Notes: a model not told the origin generated them from the sequence alone. DNA of 64,000 bases from an uncultured cyanobacterium (GCA_963740315.1 CAVUDP010000002.1:1344001-1408000), one strand, 5' to 3'. Positions 21,255 to 32,686 are shown, numbered from the stretch's first letter. Made by a program: numbers and translations.

Positions 21255-22706
21255 TCAAACTTTTTTCAGCTTAATTTGCAGTTCACTTTTGATGCGATTG
21301 AGAATTGAAGACTCATCAAGGTTTGCTAAAATTTTTCCAATTACCGCTTTTGGTCCATCTGGTCCCCAAGTAGCTCCATTAGCTAAATATGCCTTGGTGA
21401 CTTGCCCGATACCATAAGAAGAAACGCCAGCGACACCGGCTTGAGTAAGTGCAACCGATATATAAGGACCAAGTGTCACCCCACCAGTAGCTGGTGCAGA
21501 AATACCAAGCAAAGTTTTTAAAGAACCTAATCCCAAATTTGCTAGCAGTTCGCTGGCACTAATTCCGCCCATACTCAAAGCGATTTTTTGTAGCAATTTT
21601 ATCGCTCCGGCTTCCGTCATCGGAATACCGTAAAGCCGGGATAACCCCAGAACTAAAAAAACATCAATAGTCGCAGCACTGAGAATATCTAATACCGTCA
21701 CCGGGTTAAGAGCCACAGCTAAAGCCTTAGTCATTACTGACTTCCAAATCAACTGATTTGCCGCAGTTTCGCGCAATTGTAATTTACGCTGCACCAATAG
21801 ATCGTTCACATCGTCGGCATAAAGCATGGTATTAAGAGCAACTAAAGCTTTACCTTCGCGGTGCAGAATCTCCAATATTTTTAGCTTTAAATCTTCAACT
21901 TGAGGTTTTCCTTTACGCAACTGCACCCCCTTAGAACCATCATCGCGACGAACTAAGGTTCTAACTAAAGGTGAAGCAGCAGCTGTAACAATTTCCGAGG
22001 GTGAAAGCAATTCTTTGACTCGTTCATCGCGAATCTTTTCGTAAACTGCGATTCTGTCAGCTTTCGGATATTGGTCTACCTTATTAAACACTAATAAAAT
22101 TGGTTTACGAGCTTCTCGTAACTGTGAAAGGGCTTCGTGTTCCAGTTTCGTCATATCCCCAGAAATCACAAACAAAATTAAATCTGCCTGTTGGGCAATT
22201 TGTTCTGCCAATGCAGTTCGAGTTTCACCATCAACTTCATCCAATCCCGGCGTATCAATCAACTCCACTCGCGATTGTCCGCTACTGCTAGAAAAAGTTA
22301 CTCGTAGAGCCAGCCCTGAATCACCAAAAGTTTCTTCATTAATAGTCCAATTAACAGTTTGTGCATCGCGAGTCACACCATGCAAAGGTCCGGTTTCAAA
22401 AACCTCTTGTCCAACCATTGCATTAAGTAAAGAAGACTTACCTCGTCCCACCATACCAAAAGCAGCAATCTGGATAGTCATGCTTTCCAACTTTGTCAGC
22501 ATCGCTTCCAAATCGGCGATTTCCATCTCTAGCCCTTGAGTTTCCGATAAACTTAGGTTAAGATTCGCCACCATCTCACGCAGTGCCGTTTGTGCCTGCT
22601 TATAGTGAAGTTCGGTTTGTATCTCTTCAAAAGTGAAAATCGCTTTATCCAGTTCTTCAGTACTATAATTATTTTGAGGTTCCGGTAAAGGTAATTCAGA
22701 AGTCAT
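21255..22706 (-). CDS. HSR1/Era-like GTPase with DUF697 C-terminus
   Basis: GMVGRGKSS (G1), DTPG (G3), NKVD (G4); hydrophobic C-terminal domain. Confidence 0.85.
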   Translation of the reverse strand: MTSELPLPEPQNNYSTEELDKAIFTFEEIQTELHYKQAQTALREMVANLNLSLSETQGLEMEIADLEAMLTKLESMTIQIAAFGMVGRGKSSLLNAMVGQEVFETGPLHGVTRDAQTVNWTINEETFGDSGLALRVTFSSSSGQSRVELIDTPGLDEVDGETRTALAEQIAQQADLILFVISGDMTKLEHEALSQLREARKPILLVFNKVDQYPKADRIAVYEKIRDERVKELLSPSEIVTAAASPLVRTLVRRDDGSKGVQLRKGKPQVEDLKLKILEILHREGKALVALNTMLYADDVNDLLVQRKLQLRETAANQLIWKSVMTKALAVALNPVTVLDILSAATIDVFLVLGLSRLYGIPMTEAGAIKLLQKIALSMGGISASELLANLGLGSLKTLLGISAPATGGVTLGPYISVALTQAGVAGVSSYGIGQVTKAYLANGATWGPDGPKAVIGKILANLDESSILNRIKSELQIKLKKV

Positions 22707-23065
22707 ATAAATTTTAGATTTTAGATTATAAATTTTAGATTATAAATTTTGTTACGCCTTCTTCCATCCTAATGATTTTTGGGCATGGGGTATTGGGCAT
22801 TGGGTGATAGGGTGATGGGGAGACAAAGGGACAAGGGGGCAAGGGGACAAGGGGAGAAAAGATTAATTTAATATAAATTGCTTCCTCCGCAACCGAAGGC
22901 TTCCTCCGCAACCGAAGGCTCCCTCCGCAATATCACTCCTCACTCCTAACTCCTCACTCCCAACTTTGACCTTTGACCTTTAACCTTTAACCTTACAATT
23001 AGTTCCGAAAAAGTCATAAACTAAAAATTGCATTAAGTAGCTTATTGGACTTGACTGAATCACCT

Positions 23066-23791
23066 GTGCGAAAAATTGTTATTGCTGGCAACTGGAAAAT
23101 GTTTAAAACCAGGGCAGAATCCAAGGAATTTTTAGGAGGATTTATGCCTTTATTACAAGAAACTCCCGACGATAGAGAAGCGGTATTGTGCGTTCCTTTT
23201 ACAGATTTAAGCGTTTTATCGAGGAATTTGCACGGTAGTCGCATCAGGTTGGGAGCGCAAAATGTTCATTGGGAAGAAATGGGAGCTTATACGGGTGAAA
23301 TTTCCGGTTTGATGCTCTCTGAAATTGGGGTAAGTTATGTCATTGTCGGTCACAGCGAACGACGGCAATATTTTGGTGAAACGAATGAAACCGTAAATCA
23401 GCGCCTCAAAGCCGCTCAAAAGTACGGATTGACACCGATTCTTTGCGTTGGGGAAACCAAGCAACAAAGAGATGCCGGAGAAACCGAATCGATAATTACC
23501 AACCAAATCAAGCAAGCCTTGATAGATATTGACCAAAATAATCTGGTAATTGCTTACGAACCAGTTTGGGCAATTGGTACCGGAGATACTTGTGAAGTTA
23601 CCGAAGCCAATCGAGTTATCGGTTTGATTCGCAGCCTGTTGAGCAATAAAAATATAACTATTCAATATGGAGGCTCTGTAAAGCCGAATAATATTGATGA
23701 GATTATGGCTCAACCTGAAATTGATGGTGCTTTAGTTGGTGGAGCAAGTTTGGAATCCCAAAGTTTCGCCCGAATTGTCAATTTTAAATAA
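23066..23791 (+). CDS. tpiA: Triosephosphate isomerase
   Basis: [33 protein letters not shown] start at 23066 is likely. Confidence 0.98.
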   Translation: MRKIVIAGNWKMFKTRAESKEFLGGFMPLLQETPDDREAVLCVPFTDLSVLSRNLHGSRIRLGAQNVHWEEMGAYTGEISGLMLSEIGVSYVIVGHSERRQYFGETNETVNQRLKAAQKYGLTPILCVGETKQQRDAGETESIITNQIKQALIDIDQNNLVIAYEPVWAIGTGDTCEVTEANRVIGLIRSLLSNKNITIQYGGSVKPNNIDEIMAQPEIDGALVGGASLESQSFARIVNFK

Positions 23792-24038
23792 AAAGGCAAA
23801 AAAGTTAGGACCACCGGAGTGAGGAGTTAGGAGTTAATAAGGTTGAAGGTTAAAGGTTAAAAATCAAAGGTTAAAGGTGTAATATAACTTTCTTTCCATC
23901 CCTTTGTCCCCTTGTCCCCTTGTCCCCTTGTCCCCCCATCTCCCCATCTCCACATCTCCCCCGAACCCCCGAACCCCATCTCCCCATCCCCTTATCCCCT
24001 TGTCCCCCCATCCTAATGATTTTTACAAAGAATTTCTA

Positions 24039-24860
24039 ATGCTGAATTTCAACTGGGGCGATCGCACTTTTTTAATGGGGGTTTTAAATGTTACGCCTGA
24101 TAGTTTTAGCGATGGTGGCGAGTTTAATCAACCCACTACTGCTTTAAATCAAGCATTAGCTTTGGCTGCTGCTGGTGCGGATATTATCGATGTGGGCGGA
24201 CAATCAACTCGCCCTGGTGCGGAACAAATTTCTGTAGAAACAGAACTCGAACGAGTGCTTTCGGTTATAAAAATTATTCGTCCAAAAATTAATATCCCAA
24301 TTTCTGTAGATACCACAAGAGCTAGTGTTGCTTCTTCTGCTGTTGATGCTGGTGCGGATATGGTCAACGATATCTCTGGCGGCACTTTTGACTCGTCTAT
24401 GTTTTCTACTGTTGCGAGTTTAAATGTGCCCCTAGTATTAATGCATATCCGAGGAACTCCGCAAACAATGCAGCAAATGACCGATTATCAAGACGTAATA
24501 GAGGAAATATCTAATTTTTTGTTACAACAAATAACCGCAGCGACAACTGCGGGAATTAAAAGGGAAAAAATTATTATCGACCCCGGTATTGGTTTTGCTA
24601 AGAAATTAGAACAAAATTTAGAAATTTTTCGCCGCTTAACAGAATTAAAAAAGCTTAACTGTCCGATTTTAGTTGGACCATCTCGTAAAAGCTTTATTGG
24701 ACATATTTTGAACCAACCAGACCCCAAAGCCAGAGTTTGGGGAACTGCTGCGGCTTGTTGTGCTGCTATTTTTAATGGTGCCGATATCTTACGAGTTCAC
24801 GATGTTGAACAAATGCGCGATGTTTCAATGGTTGCCGATGCCCTATGGCGAGCAAATTAG
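24039..24860 (+). CDS. folP: Dihydropteroate synthase
   Basis: MGVLNVTPDSFSDGG, DPGIGF, SRKSF, LRVHDV; the upstream ORF extension is STRR sequence. Confidence 0.95.
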   Translation: MLNFNWGDRTFLMGVLNVTPDSFSDGGEFNQPTTALNQALALAAAGADIIDVGGQSTRPGAEQISVETELERVLSVIKIIRPKINIPISVDTTRASVASSAVDAGADMVNDISGGTFDSSMFSTVASLNVPLVLMHIRGTPQTMQQMTDYQDVIEEISNFLLQQITAATTAGIKREKIIIDPGIGFAKKLEQNLEIFRRLTELKKLNCPILVGPSRKSFIGHILNQPDPKARVWGTAAACCAAIFNGADILRVHDVEQMRDVSMVADALWRAN

Positions 24861-25035
24861 AACAGTTCAAATTTGAAAGCCGAAGGTAAAATGGGAAAAT
24901 TGGTAAAGCCTCAAAGAATACAGCATAATAGCGATCGGCACAAAAGAAACTCGTTACCAATTTCCCGACTTTTATTTATTTTGTTTCAACGAAAGACCAA
25001 CAGTTAATTTTTTCGTCATTAATACAATTTTTAGC

Positions 25036-25896
25036 TTACTGTTCCGAACCATTGCCATTTCCGTTTTTAGGCTTTGTTGAAATATCTTCGGCTACTGTTT
25101 CAGCCGTAATTTGGTCGATAATATCTTTCTGACCGGAACCGGGATCAACAAAAACAACTTTGGAATTAGGGCTTTCACCTAATTTGTAACTGGCATTAAT
25201 ATAATCTTGAGCTACCAAATACCGCAGAATTTCTTTATTCTCAGGCACGCTACGCAAAGCTTCGGAAAGAATCTGCATACTGGTACTAGTACCTTCAGCT
25301 TTCTTAATTGCAGCTTGACGTTCGCCTTCTGCTTCCATAATTGCAGCACGGCTCTTGATTTCAGCAGCGCGTTGATCTTCCATTGACTTCCGCACGCTTT
25401 CGGGAGGTGTAATTCTTTGAATATCTAACCTCACGATCTCAACTCCCCAATCTGCGGTAATCTCATTCAACATATCCAACAATTCTTTATCCATCTCTTT
25501 TCTAGAGGCATTAGTTTCCTCTAAAGTATTAGTCGCAATTATTTCCCGCAGCGAAGTTGTAGTAATTTGAGTTAAACCTTGTGCCAAATCATCAATTTGG
25601 TAAAAGCTTTTCTCCATGTCTTTGATGCGCCAATACACGATCGCATCTATTTCTAAGTAGATATTATCTTTGGTAATTACATTTTGCGGCTTAATATCTA
25701 ATATCTGTTCCCGCGTAGTATCTTCCATTACAACCTGGTCGATCAGAGGAACGATGAAATTTAATCCAGGTCGTAATTTACGATGATACTGACCCAAACG
25801 TTCTACTAGAGCTTCGTTACCTTGGTTGATAATCTTTGCCGATCCTAATGAATAACCTATAAGCACTAAAAATATAGCAATAAGAATGGGTGGCAC
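25036..25896 (-). CDS. SPFH/Band 7 (stomatin/paraslipin-like) protein
   Basis: VERLGQY..PGLNFIVP, PQNVITKDN, WGVEI. Confidence 0.9.
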   Translation of the reverse strand: MPPILIAIFLVLIGYSLGSAKIINQGNEALVERLGQYHRKLRPGLNFIVPLIDQVVMEDTTREQILDIKPQNVITKDNIYLEIDAIVYWRIKDMEKSFYQIDDLAQGLTQITTTSLREIIATNTLEETNASRKEMDKELLDMLNEITADWGVEIVRLDIQRITPPESVRKSMEDQRAAEIKSRAAIMEAEGERQAAIKKAEGTSTSMQILSEALRSVPENKEILRYLVAQDYINASYKLGESPNSKVVFVDPGSGQKDIIDQITAETVAEDISTKPKNGNGNGSEQ

Positions 25897-26225
25897 GATT
25901 TATGCTCCTTGTACAGCAATAGGAAAATTTACTTTATGTTCGTGGTACTTAACTACGTTGTCAAAATTTTAGTTTAATAATTATCAACGTGTAATTTTAT
26001 TATCACGCTTGGACTACTTCAGACAAGAGACAGTTCCCACCAGCACATATAATACAAGTATCTTTTTTTTATGACACTGTTATTTAAACATCATTTTTGC
26101 AATAGCGCTCAAGTTAGTTGTTAAGAGTTAGCAGTTCATAATTCTACTTTCTCTACCCCCGAACCCCCGAACCCCCGAACCCCCGAACCCCCGAACCCCC
26201 CTCTACCCCCGAACCCCATTCCCAA

Positions 26226-27893
26226 TTACCGCCTTGTCAACTCTAGCCAAGGTTTAATATTCGCAGGTAGTTCAGAATTCAAGCGCAATTTAATTTGTGG
26301 TGTAGAAAAAGATTGAGCGTAAGCAGAAGTTAGAAACGGTTGATAGGTTTTTGCTTCGGGTGTCAGTTGCTTGACGAATGCTACACTTACCCCTTGAAGT
26401 AATTCCCGTAAAGGTTCAGCTTGTATTCCTCGTCGCTCTTTAACGATCGCTGTAGCTGAATTTACGGGATTCGCTCCATCACTTATACTTAGGTGCGTTC
26501 CCCCAATTGCTGTTAATAGATACTTTTGAGCGCCTAACTGATTGAAAGGCTTTATCTGATGTCTTAAGGCTGGTGTCAGCGCGTCTTCGGTTCCGGTTAA
26601 TATTAAAACTGGTTTATTAATTTCGCTTAAACCTTTGTCACCAAAGATTTTACCCGCCAGCGGATTCAGCGCGATCGCACTTTTAACTCGTTCGTCTCCA
26701 AGCTGTATTTTGTTTTCTGGTAAGGAAGCTGCGGCACATTCTAACCAGTCGCCCGGTGCGTTCGCTATATTTAAAGATTTATTACAAAAAGAACGCAGTT
26801 GCTGTATGTTGATTTCTCCCCCTGCTACAGCTAAGGCGGTATAACCTCCTAAAGAATGTCCGATAACGCTTACTTGTTGAGTATTTAATTTTCCTTGAAA
26901 TCTTCCCGGTTGATTATTTAGTTTTGCTAATTCATCTAGTAAAAAGCTAATATCTTTTGGTCGATCGATAAATTCTGTTGGACTGAGCAATTTTTTTAAA
27001 TCGGGTGCATTTGTGGCTCGCTCGATCGCAGTCATTTTGCTATCTGGATGTTCGATAGCCGCAACGCTAATTCCGTAAGAAGCCAAATGACGCGCTAAGT
27101 AAGCTAAATACCGACGATTTGCACCAAAACCGTGGGATATTACAACCAATGGCTGTATTGATTGTTTAACTCCACTTAAATAAATATCTACGGGAATAGT
27201 CCGATTTCGCTTTGTGTCTCGCAGTGTAATTGTTTGATATTCGATTGGTTGTTTGCCAATAGTTGCTGGATTGAAATTTTTAAAAGTGCGATCGGTGTCT
27301 GTTTGATTCTTTACATATAATTCTCGTGCGAGTAAAGAGCCAAAAGCTTGACTTTGCAAGCGATTGGGATTGAATTCCACAGCCAAACTGACAGCTTTTG
27401 TAGCATCTAAAGTAACATTTTGCTGGGGATATGCTCGTAAAAAGCCGACTAAACTCAAACCGTTAAATTGTCTTAAAGCTAATTGAATTGCACCTTGCAC
27501 GCTTTCAATACTGGAGCCTGGTAAAGCTGCTGTCAATGAAGTTATTAGTTGTCTACCAAGGGACGTTTTTTGTAGCTCTTCGGTAAAATTATCGGCTGCT
27601 GAAGGGTCTATTTCTAAACGCTGTTGTAATATTCTTCGCGTTTGAGCGGGAAGTATTGATGAGAAAGCTTGTAGCGAACTAGGTAATTTACCAGTATTGG
27701 CAAACTCTTCTAAATCGGCTATTTTTACTAACTGTTCAAAGGGACCAAAGCGAATAGTAACTGTTTGGGCAGCAGAGGCACTATTTATACCCAGTGAAGT
27801 GCAGCAAGCAAAGGTTAAGCCGCACAATAAACCTTTGACACCGAACATACCCGCTTTAAATCGTCGTTCGGCTTTAAATAACATATTGGTCAT
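26226..27893 (-). CDS. DUF1400-containing alpha/beta hydrolase
   Basis: Signal peptide, SHGFG, GHSLGG nucleophile elbow, GGTH. Confidence 0.85.
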   Translation of the reverse strand: MTNMLFKAERRFKAGMFGVKGLLCGLTFACCTSLGINSASAAQTVTIRFGPFEQLVKIADLEEFANTGKLPSSLQAFSSILPAQTRRILQQRLEIDPSAADNFTEELQKTSLGRQLITSLTAALPGSSIESVQGAIQLALRQFNGLSLVGFLRAYPQQNVTLDATKAVSLAVEFNPNRLQSQAFGSLLARELYVKNQTDTDRTFKNFNPATIGKQPIEYQTITLRDTKRNRTIPVDIYLSGVKQSIQPLVVISHGFGANRRYLAYLARHLASYGISVAAIEHPDSKMTAIERATNAPDLKKLLSPTEFIDRPKDISFLLDELAKLNNQPGRFQGKLNTQQVSVIGHSLGGYTALAVAGGEINIQQLRSFCNKSLNIANAPGDWLECAAASLPENKIQLGDERVKSAIALNPLAGKIFGDKGLSEINKPVLILTGTEDALTPALRHQIKPFNQLGAQKYLLTAIGGTHLSISDGANPVNSATAIVKERRGIQAEPLRELLQGVSVAFVKQLTPEAKTYQPFLTSAYAQSFSTPQIKLRLNSELPANIKPWLELTRR

Positions 27894-28006
27894 TAGTTCG
27901 TATTTATACTGGTTAGATTTAGTTGCGAACGCTTAAATAAAATAAATAAATAAAACTGGCTTTTTCACGGAAATACTTAAAAAAATAGTTAAAACTATTA
28001 CATTAA

Positions 28007-28118
28007 CTTGTTCCCAGCCGACCGGCTGGGAATGCATTTCTAAAGGCTCTGCCTCTAGGGGGTTGACGCTTCGGCAGAGCCTCGTGATGTGAGTTCCCAG
28101 TCTCTGGCTGGGAACCAG
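28007..28118. repeat. 112-bp REP/MITE-like three-hairpin element, copy 1
   Basis: GTTCCCAGCC..GGCTGGGAA / AGGCTCTGCC..GGCAGAGCCT / GTTCCCAG..CTGGGAAC; second copy at 32687-32798. Confidence 0.8.
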
Positions 28119-28238
28119 TAACACACCCGCAGCACTGGTCACTGGTCACTGGTTACTGGTCACTGTTAACTGATAAGAGACTTGCGAAGTTTACGCTCCC
28201 GGCGCGATCGCAAGTCTCCCTCACTAGACGAATATAAT

Positions 28239-29684
28239 TTATCTAAAGATTCCGAAGACTCTTAGAACGTTGAAAATAGTACCTAGAGGACCTGCGACCG
28301 TATTGATGGTATCACCAGTTTTGGCTATACCAGAACGGCTGACTAATACTACGTCATTACTACGAAGAATGGGATTAGTTTCCTCGTTGATTCCTGCCTT
28401 GAAATCTACTTTTACCAAGCGTTTAGTAACGGAACCATCGGGATTCAAACGAATCAGGTCAACTTTACCATCGGTAGCCCTAGCATCGTTAAATCCACCT
28501 GCTGCAAGTAAGGCTTGGTTAAGAGAACTATTAGGTTTAACTTGTACTGGTCCTGGTCTTTTGACTTCTCCTACAACGTTGATCTGAATTTGTGAAGGAG
28601 ACAAAGTTGTGGTCGCTAACTGCGTGGCTTCTGCTGGATTCACCTCAGTTGCAGTCGGGAATACAATCGTATCTCCATCTTGAACAATAATGTCTTGGTC
28701 AACATCACCGCTTGTTAACAACCTCCACAAATCAACGTTGATGATTTGTTCGGTACCCGTTCTTGTAGGTCGTCTAACTATGACGTTACGAACGTTCGCT
28801 GTTGGTGTAATTCCTCCAGCTAATTGCAGCGCTCTGGTTATGGTAGGTTGACCGCTGATAGTTGGCGTACCAGTGTCATTCCCAGTGCCTTGTGTATCTC
28901 CTGTAGTAACCAAATAAGAACCCGGACGAATTACTTCACCAACCACCGCTACAGTGCGGGGTCTGGTGGGGTCGGCGGCGAAGTTGGCTGCTGCTAAATT
29001 CCGCGCTCCTGCAACGTTAAAGTTTCTACTGGTTGGGACATAAACGGTGTCACCATCGCGTAAAGTAATATCTTGGAAACTTCGACCTGTTTTTATTAAG
29101 TCATCTAAATTAAGAGTTACTGTTTGCTGTCTTCCACCTCCAATCTGACGACGTAACTGCACTTCGGTGATGTCAGCACTCAAGGTAACACCCTGAGCGG
29201 TGGTTAAAGCCGCTAAAACGGTTGGATATTGAATACCTGGGTCTTGACCGGCACCACCGGACAAACTCAGAGTATAAGCCCCCGGACGTGTTACTTCCCC
29301 AGCAACAAATACGTTGATCGGACGGGGGGATAGTAAATTGACGGAAATAATCGGTCGTCTGAGAAAGCGACCGTATCTTCTCGCAATTGCATCAGCAGCT
29401 TGTTCCGTTGTCAGCCCATCAACGGCAACGCTACCAATCAGAGGTAAGTTAATCGCTCCGCCGGGAGGAATTACATATTCACCTGTATATTCGGGCACTT
29501 CAAACACATTTACCTTGATGCGATCGCCTCCGCCTAATGCGTAACTTGACCGAATTCGGGCTTCTTGCTGTGCCGATACTGGATTAACTGGTTCCAAAGC
29601 AACGGTTGCAGCAGTTAATAGCATTACACCCACTAATGGTCGCGCAACGAATTTTAATAGACCTGTGTTAAGCATATTCACCAC
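28239..29684 (-). CDS. Polysaccharide export protein (Wza-like, SLBB repeats)
   Basis: Poly_export motif (Y.LGGGD.I, G.INLPLIG.V...GLT) and repeated VAGEV.RPG SLBB units. Confidence 0.88.
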   Translation of the reverse strand: MVNMLNTGLLKFVARPLVGVMLLTAATVALEPVNPVSAQQEARIRSSYALGGGDRIKVNVFEVPEYTGEYVIPPGGAINLPLIGSVAVDGLTTEQAADAIARRYGRFLRRPIISVNLLSPRPINVFVAGEVTRPGAYTLSLSGGAGQDPGIQYPTVLAALTTAQGVTLSADITEVQLRRQIGGGRQQTVTLNLDDLIKTGRSFQDITLRDGDTVYVPTSRNFNVAGARNLAAANFAADPTRPRTVAVVGEVIRPGSYLVTTGDTQGTGNDTGTPTISGQPTITRALQLAGGITPTANVRNVIVRRPTRTGTEQIINVDLWRLLTSGDVDQDIIVQDGDTIVFPTATEVNPAEATQLATTTLSPSQIQINVVGEVKRPGPVQVKPNSSLNQALLAAGGFNDARATDGKVDLIRLNPDGSVTKRLVKVDFKAGINEETNPILRSNDVVLVSRSGIAKTGDTINTVAGPLGTIFNVLRVFGIFR

Positions 29685-30021
29685 TCATAATTAGATTTGT
29701 AAAGCGCCGTCTTAATATTTTATTTTGACTATACTTAAGTATTCAAGTTCCATTACACTTTTATTTTCTAAAATAACCGGAACTTAATAGCGTCCAAGTG
29801 TTTCTTAAGTTTGAATTTTTAGTGAAGTTTGTATAAAGTGTAATTTGCTTTATACAAGATAATTGCGGCTAGAGTGACAATAAATACATCTGATTACTTT
29901 GAAATGAATACAATCATTCTATTCTTTAAATAGTATCAAGTAAATTCAGCCTCCTAAATAAATTCTTAATTTCTCTATCAAGTTTTTTTCACCGCATACC
30001 AAACATAAATCTCGCCATCTC

Positions 30022-31005
30022 TTATTTATCAAGTTTTCCCTGAATTTTCTGCATAAAAAACTCTTCCAAGGAAGGGCGATAGGCATTGAGAGAGAGCAGA
30101 TGTCCCCCCATTAAACGCAGGCTCGCCATAAAATCATACATTTCTCCTTGCAACTCGCCTTGCCACAAACCATCGGACAGAGATTCCAGGTTGGGAATCC
30201 ATTTTTGCAAACTTTCCCAATTGCCACCTTTACCTTTAACTCGATACGTATTGCGCGTTCCTAATAGTTGGGAAACATTGCCAGAACAAATTAACTCACC
30301 TTTATTGAGAATTGCAATGCGATCGCAAATTATTTCTACTTCGTTAAGAATGTGGCTGTTGAAAAAAATTGTTTTACCCTGCTGCTTCAGGTTTAAAATA
30401 ATTTCGCGCATCTGATAGCGTCCCATAGGATCTAAACCAGACATTGGTTCGTCCAAGAATATCAAATCTGGGTCATTAATCAAAGTTTGCGCCATCGCCA
30501 CACGCTGTTGCATTCCCTTACTGTAGCGACGCATCTGTTTTTTGCGAGCATCAAATTTGGATAATCCAACCAACTCTAGTAATTGAGGAATGCGTTGCTT
30601 TTGAACTTTTTTAGGAATTTGGAATAAATTCGCACTCCAAACTAGAAACTCCCAGCCAGTTAAGAAGTCATACAAATAAGCATTTTCCGGTAAATAGCCG
30701 ATATTTTGCTTGGCAGCGCGATCGCCAAGTGGTTTACCCAATAATAAACCTCGTCCAGAAGTTGGACGGATAATCGAGAGCAATAATTTCAATAGGGTGG
30801 TTTTTCCAGCACCATTTTGTCCGAGCAATCCAAAAGTCTCTCCTCGAAACACTTGCAAAGAGCAGTTTTTGAGGGATACGATTTTTTGATTCATCCAAAA
30901 ACCAGTGCGGTAAACCTTTCGTAGTTCCGAAGTCAGAACTACCGGGGAATCTTGAGTTATATCGGCAGAAAACGTAGTCTCTTCAACAGACTTCATGACT
31001 AACAC
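30022..31005 (-). CDS. ABC transporter ATP-binding protein
   Basis: GQNGAGKTT, YSKGMQQR, LDEPMSGLDP. Confidence 0.92.
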   Translation of the reverse strand: MLVMKSVEETTFSADITQDSPVVLTSELRKVYRTGFWMNQKIVSLKNCSLQVFRGETFGLLGQNGAGKTTLLKLLLSIIRPTSGRGLLLGKPLGDRAAKQNIGYLPENAYLYDFLTGWEFLVWSANLFQIPKKVQKQRIPQLLELVGLSKFDARKKQMRRYSKGMQQRVAMAQTLINDPDLIFLDEPMSGLDPMGRYQMREIILNLKQQGKTIFFNSHILNEVEIICDRIAILNKGELICSGNVSQLLGTRNTYRVKGKGGNWESLQKWIPNLESLSDGLWQGELQGEMYDFMASLRLMGGHLLSLNAYRPSLEEFFMQKIQGKLDK

Positions 31006-31188
31006 ACAGCAGTAAACTAATTACAAGATACCCAGTTGTGTGACCAGAATAACAATTTAATTTGAGAAAAGTTTATTCGGGAGTTAGGAGTGAGGAGTTA
31101 GGAGTTATGAGTTATGAGTTATGAGTTGGGAGTTAGGAGTTAGTAGGGAATAGTTAGTTTAACCAAAGAGCCTTTAACCTTTAACCTT

Positions 31189-31317
31189 AATACCGTTAAG
31201 TTGTGGTTAGATTTAGAAAAAAAGGATTTAATGAAAATGGGTTGTAATTGGTTGCGAGATTATTTAGCAAGTAATCCTGAAGAAAAAGAATTACGGAAGA
31301 TATGCACTCAAGGTTAA
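31189..31317 (+). pseudogene. Orphan C-terminal remnant of a cyanobacterial WD40-repeat protein
   Basis: Translates as NTVKLWLDLEKKDLMKMGCNWLRDYLASNPEEKELRKICTQG*: the last WD40 strand plus the characteristic GC.WLRDYL..NP tail; no start codon or upstream body. Confidence 0.7.
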
Positions 31318-31404
31318 ATTATAAGATGCTGTTAGCGACAAGTAACCCACCAAAGTTGATCGGGATGGTGGGTTATAAGCGTATAAGACACCCTCTACGA
31401 TAAT

Positions 31405-31920
31405 TTATAATTGGGAAATCTCTTTTTCTTTAACTTTCCAAAAAGCAACAATTCCACTAATAATTACCTTAGTAACAGTTTCTCCAAAAATAATTGATAT
31501 AAGTTCTATTTGTGAAAAAACTCCAGCAAACGCAATACAGTTAAAAATTATCGTATCCAGAGGAATTGAAACTGCATTAGAACGAATAACTCTTTCTAAC
31601 CAAGGTTGTCGAATTGCATTTTGATAAATCTCTGTATCTGCTGCTTCTGCAATTACAATTGCAATCAAAGAAGCTAAAATAATTCGTCCTGGAACTTTTA
31701 AAAAATAAGATTCCAACACAGCCAAAAAAGCAGTAATAGCTACTGTAATATAAACCGCTTTTCTTCCCCGATAGTGATGGAGACGATCTCGCTGGTCAAA
31801 CGTCACCCCGAAGACTAAAGTACCAACTGCGACCTTTCCAAAAATTGGCAAGGGGATAAATAATGTCGCGGTATAGTTTGCGATTAATACCGCGATGATA
31901 TAAATAATTGCTGGAATCAT
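31405..31920 (-). CDS. VUT/YhhQ-like (queuosine precursor) transporter
   Basis: Hydrophobic 171 aa with R..SNAVSIPLDT.IF..IAF.G motif. Confidence 0.7.
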   Translation of the reverse strand: MIPAIIYIIAVLIANYTATLFIPLPIFGKVAVGTLVFGVTFDQRDRLHHYRGRKAVYITVAITAFLAVLESYFLKVPGRIILASLIAIVIAEAADTEIYQNAIRQPWLERVIRSNAVSIPLDTIIFNCIAFAGVFSQIELISIIFGETVTKVIISGIVAFWKVKEKEISQL

Positions 31921-31940
31921 AAACCAGTTATATGTAACCT

Positions 31941-32582
31941 TTAAAGCACTCCTTTAGAACTAGGTATGGTACTCGCACGCCGAGGATCGATTTCCGCAGC
32001 CATTCGCATTGCTCTAGCAAACGCTTTAAATGTCGCTTCAATAATGTGATGGGAATTAATTCCGTCAAGCTGACGAATGTGTAATGTCATTTGACTGTTG
32101 TTTGCGATCGCTACAAAAAATTCCCTTACTAATTGAGTGTCGTAAGTTCCTACTCTTTGAGTGGGGATTTGCAAACCGTAAGTTAAATGAGGTCTTCCCG
32201 AAAAATCCAAAGCTATTTGAACCAATGCTTCATCGAGGGGAGCGACAAAATGACCGAAACGAACAATGCCTTTGCGATCGCCAAGTGCTTGAGCTAAAGC
32301 TTTTCCTAATGTAATCCCGACATCTTCATTGGTGTGGTGGTCGTCAATTTCTATATCTCCTTTAGCGATGACTTCTAAGTCAATCAGTCCGTGGTTCGAT
32401 ATTTGATGCAGCATATGGTCTAAAAACGGAATGCCGGTTTGAGCGTTGCAATTACCCGTACCATCTAAATTAACGGTAACTTGCACGTCCGTTTCCCCGG
32501 TAGTACGGCTAACGGTAGCAATGCGAGGACTGAAATTATAATTGCTATCTGAAGAGATTAGAGGACGTTCGATTGAGCGCAT
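31941..32582 (-). CDS. hisB: Imidazoleglycerol-phosphate dehydratase
   Basis: [26 protein letters not shown]. Confidence 0.97.
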   Translation of the reverse strand: MRSIERPLISSDSNYNFSPRIATVSRTTGETDVQVTVNLDGTGNCNAQTGIPFLDHMLHQISNHGLIDLEVIAKGDIEIDDHHTNEDVGITLGKALAQALGDRKGIVRFGHFVAPLDEALVQIALDFSGRPHLTYGLQIPTQRVGTYDTQLVREFFVAIANNSQMTLHIRQLDGINSHHIIEATFKAFARAMRMAAEIDPRRASTIPSSKGVL

Positions 32583-32686
32583 AGTAGCCGTACTTATAAA
32601 AAAACTGTAAATATATTATCTCTTGATTGCCAGATTTTAGATTTTAGCAACGGATATATTTGTTTTAGTTTATAGGTTGGGTTTAA

